A stretch of 64,000 nucleotides of DNA from Hormiphora californensis (lineage: Eukaryota > Animalia > Ctenophora), in NCBI GenBank assembly GCA_020137815.1, contig CM035362.1:3844001-3908000 (forward strand). The letters are read 5' to 3'. A model generated the notes under the pieces. That model ran no database searches and was not told where the DNA came from. It saw only the letters and a program-made list of their open reading frames with translations. The position numbers and the translations under genes are program-made. Every line of letters starts with the position of its first letter. Within the stretch, counting starts at the first letter, position 1. Shown here piece after piece: positions 45,198-56,340 of the stretch.

Positions 45198-48100
45198 ATG
45201 TCCCCAAGACAAAATCAAAGACGCCCAGAATTTCTTGAGATAATGGATGAAACAGGCGATGGCAGAAGCTCAGACGAAGAAATCGAGACCCCGCCCGCAA
45301 ACGGATTCGGAAACTTACCAGACAGTCTGGAAATACACCGAGAAAGGTTTGTAAGGATCTCAATTCCCACAACACATTTCCATGAATCCAGGAACCGACC
45401 GACAAAAGTAAACAACCAATCCGACCTCGTTATTTAGGTCACATGACTGGTTATCAGCCAATCAGGGACCAGTATTTCCTGATTCGGTCGGTTCCTGCAT
45501 GAAACTCGTGCTGTCACTAATTCTGACACACCTAAGATAATAAATATATTTATAGACCCCTCCTAGGTATCGAGCAGTACCTGTGACGGCCTCTTTAGAT
45601 TCTGAACAGCCCGGATTCTCGGGATGGATCAGAAACAATTTGAGCAGCAGCAACAGTTTGGTTTCTACTGAGTCTGATGAAGATGAAGATGATGGTACAC
45701 GGTGCACCAGAAGGATCGTCAACCCAAAGTTGAGCCCGCAAAACAAACTTTTGTTGGGGGTGACCCAGGAGGCCTTCCTGAACATCCCCGCGGTGAGAAA
45801 AGTATATGTTATCGGGGAAAATTTTTGTCAAAATCGAAAAAACTGGTTTTTGGTCAAAATTTGTGCATAACTTACTTGACTGCCGTTTGATGAAATATCT
45901 GATTGACATAAAATAAGTATACAAGACCTATTTTTGCACGAGGAATCGATTGCCGGTGGAGAGAAATCTCTAAAATGACCGGAAAATTGTCAAATATGGG
46001 AATTTTGTCATTTTTTTGAGGTTTTTGGCCCTTTAACCATTAAAAACGTTGAGATAGGAAGTTGGCAATAGCGCCAATCGTTTAAATGGTCATTTTTTCT
46101 ACGGGATCCCAAAATTTCATGTATATCCGATTCATAGTTAGATTTTGGCAAACTATTGAGATGTGCTTACTGAAAAACGGATAACTTGATTTTCTCGTTT
46201 TTTGCGATTTTTTAACTTTTGAAAGAATTCTGATTGAAATGGCCAATCAGGGCCATGCTAAAGTTGTTTATGGGACAATTTTCGACCAAAATCCAAGATT
46301 TCATGAAAATCCAATGACAGATCATTGATTTATAGAAAGTTGAAATAGGCAAAAAAAGGCCAATTTTTACCATGAAAACAAAAATACACATTTTTTCTTG
46401 TCAATTTCCATCAACAACTGGTACCCTACCTATTTTTTGCACGTAGAATCGATTGCCGGTGGAGTGGATCCTCTTAAATGATTGGAAAGCGGTCGAAATG
46501 TCATTTTTTGGAAGTTTTTGGACCTCCAAAAAATGGCATTTTGACCGCTTTTCCAATCATTTAAGAGGATCCACTCCACCGGCAATCGATTCTACGTGCA
46601 AAAAATAGGTAGGGTACCAGTTGTTGATGGAAATTGACAAGAAAAATGTGTATTTTTGTTTTCATGGTAAAAATTGGCCTTTTTTGCCTATTTCAACTTT
46701 CTATAAATCAATGATCTGTCATTGGATTTTCATGAAATCTTGGATTTTGGTCGAAAATTGTCCCATAAACAACTTTAGCATGGCCCTGATTGGCCATTTC
46801 AATCAGAATTCTTTCAAAAGTTAAAAAATCGCAAAAAACGAGAAAATCAAGTTATCCGTTTTTCAGTAAGCACATCTCAATAGTTTGCCAAAATCTAACC
46901 ATGAATCGGATATACATGAAATTTTGGGATCCCGTAGAAAAATGACCATTTAAACGATTGGCGCTATTGCCAACTTCCTATCTCAACGTTTTTAATGGTT
47001 AAAGGGCCAAAAACCTCAAAAAAATGACAAAATTCCCATATTTGACAATTTTCCGGTCATTTTAGAGATTTCTCTCCACCGGCAATCGATTCCTCGTGCA
47101 AAAATAGGTCTTGTATACTTATTTTATGTCAATCAGATATTTCATCAAACGGCAGTCAAGTAAGTTATGCACAAATTTTGACCAAAAACCAGTTTTTTCG
47201 ATTTTGACAAAAATTTTCCCCGATAACATATACTTTTCTCACCGCGGGGATGTTCAGGAAGGCCTCCTGGGTCACCCCCAACAAAAGTTTGTTTTGCGGG
47301 CTCAACTTTGGGTTGACGATCCTTCTGGTGCACCGTGGGTAACGAAGTTACCCCTCCCTTGCCGGCACGCGAAGAGTGTGAGGTGTCTTTGATGCCAAAT
47401 GAAGATTATGAAGAAGGCTATTTGATGCCGGATAGTTTTGATATACATCGAAGACAAGAGTGGGCCACTTGGAAACCTGAGATGGAGAATTCTGACTCGA
47501 AGGACAATTTGGAGGAATCGAAGACAGACGAGATGAGGATGGAGGAACGTAAGTTCAAAAATTTTAACTTTTTTACCAAAATTAACGTCATTTAGGACGT
47601 AGTTTTTCGCCAAACTTGTGGTTGCTATGTACAGTCGGGCCCCGATTTACCGGGATGCTCGGGGGAAGGGGGGTTTGCCCGGTAAATCGAGGTCAAATCG
47701 CGGTGCCCAGTATATCGGTGTCTGTTAATTTCCTATATCGGGGGAAGATGAAAATTGAATTGGTAAGTATTTTTAAAAGTGGAATCCGAAGAAAACTTGC
47801 TTAGCTCGACCCTCTCTTCACAAAAGACGCTTAGAACATAACAAAATAAAACATGTACAGCTGCAGGGCCGACCGGAACCGACCGAATCAGGAAATACTG
47901 GTCCCTGATTGACTGATTTACCAGTCACGTGACCTAAATAACCAGTTCTGATTGGTTGTTTACTTGTTTCGGTCGGTTCCTGGCTATTAACTACCGAGCT
48001 GTGAAAGGCTTAAGTTACACAAGAAAACAAAAATCTATATCACTGATATCTGAGTTATTAAAGTGAGAGTGGACCGAATCAGAATTGAAAAAGTTTGTTG

Positions 48101-51100
48101 TCATGTAGGTCGTACTTAGTAGAGAATAGTTCTCTGAGCATTTTTCTTTTTTGTCACTCAAAATCGACCCATCCATCACTGAGATAATATTTGTGTAACA
48201 ATGGGAGAATTTCTGTAAGAAAAAAATTTGTTAAACAGGATAGAAACAATCCTTGTGTTTCACTAACACATTCTTTAGATATTTAATATGACTTGCATTG
48301 CTCTGCTTCTGTGCATGGACATGCCAACCTCACTGCTAATAGATAGTAGGTGTTAGTGAAACACAAGGATTGTTTCTTTCCTGTTTGACAAATATTGACC
48401 TTACACGAATTCTTCCATTGTAGCAAAAATATCTCAGTGATGGATGGGTCGATTTTGAGCGACAAAAAAAGAAAAATGCTCAGAGAACTATTTTCTACTA
48501 TATTTCTACTTACAACAAACTTGTCCAATTCTGATTCGGTCCATTCTCACTTTAAGACCATTAGATCCTATATACTAATTCCAAAGTTTTAAATGGTCCG
48601 GTTGCACGGTGGATTATCAAGTTTGAAGATTTAAGTTTGAAGATTGAAGATTGAAGATTGAAGATAGAAGATTGAAGTTTGAAGTTAGAAAATTCATTAT
48701 AATATTATATGGGAAAGCAAAATATTTCATGAAGGGTGTTAGAAATTAATTAATTAATTTACCAATACACTGCGGTATATCACTTGACCATGATCCACCC
48801 TCCTGACATGTCAATGTAGCACTTCCCACAAGGTTATGGTTGGCAGCACACTCGATGGTGGCAGTTGTCCCTGTTGGTGAGGCAGTCCAGCTTTCTTGTG
48901 TTGATCCCTCAACAGAAAATGCAGGACACTCTGGTGAAAAATGAAATTAATATGACGTATTTTCTAAATTTACCGAAAAAAAGGCAACTGCAAGTAAATT
49001 GAGCCATCGAATTTTTAATACACTTACTTTTATCACACTGCGGTACATCATTTGACCATAATCCACCCTCCTGGCAAGTCAGTTTGTCATTTCCCACAAG
49101 ACTATGGGTGGCAGCACATACAATCGTTACAGTTGTCCCTGTTGGTGAGGCAGCCCAGCTTCCTTGTGTTGATCCCTCAACAGTAAAGACAGGGCAATCT
49201 GGTGAAAAATGAACACATGAACTTTAAAAATGAAAATATGTATTTTTGCCCGAAGGGCATCTAGCGGCCAGCCGGATGATCATTTTAGCACCTGTGCTAA
49301 AAAGGTCATACAGGGTTTAGAAATCTCGGATTTCTGAGGGTAAATCGCGTCCGCGTAATTCAAATCCGATCATGATTATCCTGTCACGGTAGATAACTAG
49401 GGTCTCACAAGCAACTGCCTTGGTTATCATCTAGCAACTGTCTTGGTTACCATAGCAACTGCTTTGATTACCATAGCAACCGCTCTGGATACCATAGCAA
49501 CCGCTCTGGATACCATAGCAAATAGCATCGTATTAGCCAAAAATTGTTTTTTGAGTGCAAAATTAATCGGGAAATCCAGTTTTGAAGATTTGTCATCAAA
49601 TTTACACCCATTTGTGGCAGGGAAACACCGCATTATGAATACATAATGCAATAATTCTTGTTAAATTACCGAAAAAAGGCAATACAAGTGAATTGATCAG
49701 CCATCGAAGTTTTAATACACTTACTTTTATCACACTGCGGTACATCATTTGACCATAATCCACCCTCCTGGCAAGTCAGTTTGTCATTTCCCACAAGACT
49801 ATGGGTGGCAGCACATACAATTGTTACAGTTTTCCCTGTTGGTGAGGCAGTCCAGTTTCCTTGTGTTGATCCCTCAACAGTAAAGGCAGGACACTCTGGT
49901 GAAAAATGAAAGTATGTATTTTCTAGTCTATATTAAAAAAGGCAGATGGTTGGTAGTGATGATGGGTCAACATTTGTATCATTGCAGGGAAGGGGATCAG
50001 GCAGGGGGTTCAACTGGCGATGATAGGGACGTGCACGTGCAAATTAAGTTCTTGAGCAGTATTGAAACTTAATAGCTCTGATCTATGGAAAGAGCTCGAT
50101 CTCCTCTTTCTAAAGATCCAAGGAAATTAGAAATTGGTTGAGAAATGGTCGAGTTATGGGGTAAAATGTCTCAAAATGGGCGAAAATTGATTTTTCAACA
50201 CATGAATTCCTTTGTATTACTATTGAAAGCGTTGGGTTCTAGTTACCGAAAAAAGGCAAGTGAATTGTGCCATCGAAGTTTTAATATATGTACTTACTTT
50301 TATCACACTGCGGTACATCATTTGACCACGATCCACCCTCTTGACAAGTCAGTGTAGAACTTCCCACAAGGTTGTGAGTAGCAGCACATTCAATACTGGC
50401 AGTTGTCCCTGGTGGTGAGTCAGTCCAGCTTCCTTGCGTTGATCCCGTAACAGAAAAGGCAGGACATGCTGGTACAAAAGGGAAGAAAGTCATTTGTTTG
50501 GTTTGGTTTCATCCGGTCCATTATTGTTGTAATTTAATTAATAGACCTCCGCCCCTTCGGTCTCGTTATTAAAATTGTAATAAAGCATCATTTAGTTTCC
50601 CAGGAAAAAAACCCGGAATTTTAGTCCTCGAAAGTCGCTTTAAAAATTTGATGAGATTGTGTGATTTCTTCACGAATGAGACATAGCGCCGCGCTAGACG
50701 TGATTAGTAAAACAAACCGCGTATTTTCTCAGAATTTAGCTGCCCAACCCCGTAGGGATAGCCCTTTGGGCGCACTCACAGGGGGGGGGGGGCAACTCAG
50801 AGAAGGACAGAGCGACTTTCGAGGGAAAACAAACTGGGCTTCTTTTCTATAAGAGTTCAAAATCGGGGGATCCGTAAATTGCCGTGTAAAAGAACTTACC
50901 AATACATTGTGGTACATCACTTGACCATGATAGATCCTCCTGACAGGTCAGTGTTGCACTTCCCTTTAGGATATGGGTAGCAGCACAGTCGATGGTGGCA
51001 GTTGTCCCTGGTGGTGAGGCAGTCCAGCTTCCTTGTGTTGATCCGTCAACAGTAAAGGCAGGACACCATGGTGCTGAATGGAGATATCATGGTTGAGTTC

Positions 51101-52733
51101 ATTGCAATATGCAGGGGACATGTTATAAAAAGCTTGGGTACACGTTCGATAGTTCATTGAAGTTGAACCAGCTTACCTGATATAATACTAAACCCACGTG
51201 TGCTGTGCAGTACTGTGTAAGTGGTATTGATCAAATTTAAACCCTATACCTGCTTTGTAGAAGTCAGATGCAGATGTAGATACATCCGCGAACATGATCT
51301 CATCCACAACATCACCACCCCATTTGGTAACACAGGTGATCGATGAACTATCTTTGAACAGGTAGTTCAGCACTTCCACATCGTTACATGTGATGATGAT
51401 GGCGGTCTCTGTTTTGGCGATCGTCCAGATCTTATTCACCTCCCCCGGGGGTTGCACTGGCAGGTGTGTGGGGTTGTTGGTACACCAGCCTATAGTATAC
51501 AGCATTTTGGAGGAGAACTCCACATTCATACCACCGATACTGTACTTGGTGTCCTTGTCTTTCATCATTATCCAGATCTTCTCACCACTGCCAAGTGTAG
51601 AGTCCGTCTTTAACTGGAGAGGTGTTCCCTCCAGGTCCCAGGGTATATACACATCCCGCTCTACAGCCGTCCAGTCTGAAACACAATAATGTTTGTCAAT
51701 AACGTCATGACGAATAAACTATAAAGATACTAACCACTAAAATCATAGATTGATCGCAAATTTTTAAGCTAAAATTATTTCATTTTGCGCTGGAGAGTGG
51801 AGCGCTCCTGCCATCTGATAGTTCTCAGTATCAATGATTAGTTACGGGAGTGCTCTCCCAGAATAAAAGTAAAAAACATCAAATATTTATTAGATACGTG
51901 ATATTATATGTGACGAACCTGTGAGAACAACTGTTCCACACAATGCAGCTGTAAAGAGAAGGAGATGTATCATGTTAACACACATATCACTAGCTTAATA
52001 GAAGAGGGTGTTAAATAAACTGCTAACTGTTATAACAGTGGTGCCTCATTACGGTAATGGCGGTAATTTGGAGTAAAAAAACATGATAATTAGAGATGAC
52101 ATTGATTTCAATTCAAGGGGCTACTGATAAATTCAGTTGTTCTGTTGCCGGAGAGAAGTGTATAGATGGATAAGCATCCGCATAGTAAGTGTATAAGTAA
52201 TGAGGATCAAGAACGTTTGTTGCGGTAGGTGGGACACTGGGGCCATATTATCATATAAGTGTTGGTTAAGCGAAACAGTGATAATCTGGCAGAAAAGCGA
52301 TTTAAATTGATACATAGAAACGTAGAAGAAGCCAGAAATGAAGCAGAAGAGAAGGGTTCAGAGTAACACAATACCGTAATAAAAGAGAGAAAAGACGTAG
52401 AAGGGTGCCACGGTAAGGGATAGAGAACTGTAGAGAGAGATGATCAATCAAGGGAGAAAATCGTCGCGAGAGAGGATGAATGCCTGCTAGAGGAAGAAGA
52501 GGATAGAGAGTGCGTAGGGAACAGTGCCCATAGATCAGGTAGACAGAGAGGAGAGCATGAAAGAAAGACGCAGAGAGAGAGGAGAAGAAGACCGCAGCAG
52601 AGAGAGAGGAAGAGGAGAGGAGAGGAGAGCGAGAGAAGAGGAGAGAGAGAGAGAGTCGAGAGAGAGAGAGAGAAGAAAAGAAGGAGAGAGGGGAGAGAGA
52701 GAGAGAGGAGAGAGAGATAGAGAGGAGAGCGAG

Positions 52734-52790
<57 letters not shown>

Positions 52791-52948
52791 GAGAGCGAGA
52801 GCGAGAGAGAGTAGAGAGAGCATGAGAGCGAGAGAGAGAGAGAGAGAGCGAGCGTAGAGAGACGAAGAGAGTAGGAAGAGCTAGCGAGATCTATCTATCT
52901 CGAGATCTACTCCTCGCTCTATCCTCTCTCCTCTCTCTCTCCTCGTCT

Positions 52949-53035
<87 letters not shown>

Positions 53036-54667
53036 GCTTAATATCAAGATAATAGAAAACCCCCTCTCTCTCTAGCAGTATCTCTTCTCCTTGCTATTGT
53101 TTTTCCTCCTGGCTCTCTCGTTTTTCCCCGCCTCCGCCACCGCGGTCCACGGTGGTGGTTAGAGGAGGGGTGGGTGTTCGAGGCGTACCGATTAGCAATA
53201 CCCAGCTAACAGTTGGATCATTGCTCTCGGATACAGCTCCACGTACGATATAAAATATCAAAGTACAAGACACAATACATCGCAAAATATCAAACTACAT
53301 TGAAATCACCGAGTGTAATACGTGATGGAATCGCAATTTTGACGCTTGGTAAACTTGTGAGTCGATGAGCCCCATTTCGAACCTTCTAATTACCGGCAAG
53401 ACATGCAATAAGATGCACCGATTCGAAACACGATCAGGACGTGGTAGATACACCTTCGAAAAGTTTTCAAAATATTTTCAAAAATAAATTTTTTGGGGGA
53501 AACTGCCGTTAAATCGGGGTGCCACTAAAGGGTCATTCTCATGAAATTGACACCAAAATTTCAAACTTGTCCGATTTCGATAAAACTTATATCATCTGAA
53601 AGCACGTAATGGACTTAGTATTTCTGTATACGTGGACTTCATAATTATTGCATAATTAAATAATTATGAGTAATTAAAGCCGCGTACGTTACGCAACGAC
53701 CGTTACGTGATGGACGTTACAATGCAATTTAATTACAATTGCATGTAAAGTGGTCGTAACGACCATAACGTCTATGGTCGTTACAAATTTAACGACCGTT
53801 ACGTGATGGTCGTTATTTCGTAACGTCCATAACGTTACGGACGTTACAGGTGTAATGTCCGTGCAAATAACTTTGTGGCGGAGTCAAATTCATGACCTTA
53901 TAAGGTCTGTCACGGTCATTACATCTTAAATTTTGTAACGTCCATAACGTGATGGTCGTTACTTTCGTAGCGACCATAACGTTACGGACGTTACAAATTT
54001 AACGACCGTTACGTGATGGTCGTTACATTTTTAACGACCGTTACGTTACGGTCGAATATCACGGTCGTTACAATCATTACATTTTTCACTATCAAAGCAA
54101 TTTAAATCCAAATTAGTTACAAGTATGCTTTCATATTTTCCAATCAGACAGATCTCTTTGAGAGCTACCGCTGGATACCCATTTTTACGTCGTACGACAA
54201 CCATAACTGATTTTATGAGCGATTTTATGAGCGTCACGGTCGTCATGGTCATTACGTCCACGCCGAAAATCGGTCATTTTTAGCATATTATGCGTCATTA
54301 TTCATTCCTATGATACATAATTGTACCATACTGTTCATTTTTCGTTAATTTAGACATTTTTCTACATTCTGGTACCAAAATTACCAAAGTTGACCAATGT
54401 TAAGATGCTCTAAAGGCAGGACCAAAATCTCTCATCTTGAAGTGTCAATTTTATGAGAATGACCCTAAATCGGGGAGTCCGACTGTATTTAATTTCCTTC
54501 CCCCTTCAGTGAGGAAGTTGGAGCTGAAGGCTAAGAAAATGGAAGAGGAAGAAAAGACAGATGAGGATAAACCAAACGAGAAAGGAAATTCAGAACAGGG
54601 TAACCCAAATGAAGCTATAAGTACTTCCCCTAGCGAAGATTTGCAGTTCTTCTTCGATAGGGTTTAA
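45198..54667 (+). CDS. Orphan acidic/disordered protein (host of the nested sushi gene)
   Basis: Exons 45198-45346, 45567-45694, ~47348/47405-47548 and 54510-54667 join in phase: ...HRERYRAVPV...DEDEDD..YEEGYLMP...EMRMEE|LRKLELKAKKMEEEEK...DLQFFFDRV*. Confidence 0.6.
45698..47337. mobile_element. 1.64-kb near-perfect palindromic DNA element, Chapaev/CMC-like ends
   Basis: CACGGTGCACC ... GGTGCACCGTG termini with 4-bp TSD GGTA (45694-45697, 47338-47341). Arms of ~810 bp surround a ~12-nt loop near 46517. Identical ORFs occur on both strands. Confidence 0.9.
48047..48568. mobile_element. Older MITE with ~220-bp diverged inverted arms
   Basis: ~48050-48270 is the reverse complement of ~48349-48565 (e.g. 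AAAATCGACCCATCCATCACTGAGATA / TATCTCAGTGATGGATGGGTCGATTTT). Confidence 0.8.
48283..51985 (-). CDS. Secreted protein: signal peptide + ~140-aa beta-rich ctenophore-type domain + five sushi/CCP repeats
   Basis: Phase-1 exons 51985-51919 (MCVNMIHLLLFTAALCGTVVLT) and 51675-51250 (WTAVERDVYIPWDLEGTPLQLKTDS...ASDFYKA). Sushi exons 51073-50900, 50468-50298, 49895-49725, 49198-49028 and 48930-48763 (CP...C...GSATLTC...WS.DVPQC). Probable last exon 48332-48283. Confidence 0.85.
53530..54465. mobile_element. Non-autonomous DNA transposon with GGG termini and TAAA TSD (Kolobok/Sola3-like), nested in a MITE
   Basis: TAAA|GGGTCATTCTCATGAAATTGACAC ... GTGTCAATTTTATGAGAATGACCC|TAAA with internal GTAACGACCGTTAC palindromic repeats. 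Removing it restores CCACTAAATCGGGG of the CAGTCGG MITE. Confidence 0.8.
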
Positions 54668-55113
54668 CCCTTACAAGTACCTCTACAAGTACTTGAATGT
54701 ATAAGTGTTTGTTTAGAAAAAGATAAAAATAGTAGTTGTTAGTGATATAAACCATCTTTATATTGTTATTCATGTGTGCCAAATTTGAGAGCTGTGCAGT
54801 GTGCATATATATGTGTAGTATGATGGATTTTTATCGGATTAATAATATAATAATACATAATATAATAATATAATAATATAATAATTTATCAAGCTAATTG
54901 TGGGTTAATCAGTACAGTGATAGTGAAACCCCCGAAAAAAGAGCTCAGGTTTTGAGTTTTGAGAAGTGTGACATTTTCGCAAGATAATCTTTCTACCGAT
55001 GTATCATGTTATGTAAGAGATAAATATATTTATTTTAACTCTCTGAAGGTTATGAAGTTGAATAGGGTAAAGAAAGTTTGAGAAAATATATGAGATGACA
55101 TTGATGTCATAAT

Positions 55114-55144
<31 letters not shown>

Positions 55145-55245
55145 CATTTTTAAATTGGGTCCCATATATATTTTTTAAATCAGAGTGAAAGCGGGTCAAA
55201 GCTTAAATTTTATACATTTATACAAACTGTTTGTTTCAGTTTTTC

Positions 55246-55285
55246 TTCAAACTTTTCAACACTACTTTAAACAAATTAATTTGAG
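55246..55285 (+). ncRNA. Genomic copy of the ctenophore spliced-leader exon (no GT donor after it)
   Basis: TTCAAACTTTTCAACACTACTTTAAACAAATTAATTTGAG matches the Pleurobrachia/Hormiphora SL as I recall it (not database-checked). It is followed by TTTGCC rather than GT. Confidence 0.7.
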
Positions 55286-56340
55286 TTTGCCGTCAATCGA
55301 TCTGATAACTGTGTTAGCATCTTATCTCTAATCTTTTTGATCTCTGTTGAGCCTACTTTAACGTAACTTACGAGTGAAATCTGTGAAGAGTTTTTTGTTG
55401 GCCGGCGTGCAACGGGTGTTTTAGGATGACCGTTACGAGTATATATGACAGATGTAGCACTAAGAGTGAATTTGAAGATGTGTTATCAGGTGATGTATTA
55501 GACAAGTATAAAGGTAGTGATTTGTTGATTTGTCTTAGGAGGGATGACACTAATTGCCCATCGGGTCTTTGCTCGCTCTCTCTCCCTCTCTCTTCTCTCT
55601 CTCTCTACCTCTCTCTCTCTCTGTCTTCATCTCTATGTCTGTCTCTCTCTCTCTCTCTCTTTCTCTGTAGTAGCAGGTGGGGATCACTAAATTACACCAA
55701 TTTGGACCTCTATGGGCAGGCCATGCGAGCAAAGGAGAGAGGCAAGGGAGAGAGATTGGGGAAGGGAGAGAGAGCAAAGAGGAGTCCCGGCAGCTACTGC
55801 GTGTGAGAGAGAGAGGGAGAGGGAGAGAGAGAGGAGGAAGGGGTAGAGAGGAGAAGATAGATTGGGCTAAAGGGGACTCGTCTCTACTGAGTAAGAGGGC
55901 GAAAGAGAGGGATAGTGAGGGGAGAAAGAGAGAGGGATAGTGAGCGGAGAAAGAGAGAGGGACAGTGAGAGAGAGACTAGAGGGGGGTCCTTATGGACAC
56001 TTTGTGTGTGTGTGATGGAGGGAGGGGGTGTGCAGCTGAGACAGAGAAAGAGAGAGCGATCAGCGCTGACAGATCCATTTTCTGCCCGAGGCTTCAACAG
56101 AGATCAGGCGAGAGAGAGAGAGAGAGAGCGAGAGAGGGGGGATTGGAACAAGAAAGAAACGGGGGATGGGACTACAGCGTGGCATGATTTTCGTTGGCAA
56201 GTTTCCAATGACTATAAAAGCCTACTACTGAACTCTATAATGATGACGATTGGGAGGAATATTAGTAAGAAAGAGTGATATCTCTCTATCTCCCTCTCTC
56301 TCTATCTCCGTCACTTTCTCTTCCCCTCTCCCAAAACTAG

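Noticed and set aside
52300-53035. GA tract flipping to CT tract (apparent hairpin) and ER/SL-rich ORFs
   Set aside because: Garbled microsatellite sequence that may be a read-level artefact. It cannot be supported as a real palindrome or gene.
55560-56160. Possible 5' exons of the RRM-like gene or continuation of the ORF after the SL copy
   Set aside because: A patchwork of GA/CT microsatellites with no consistent splice phases; sequence quality is doubtful.
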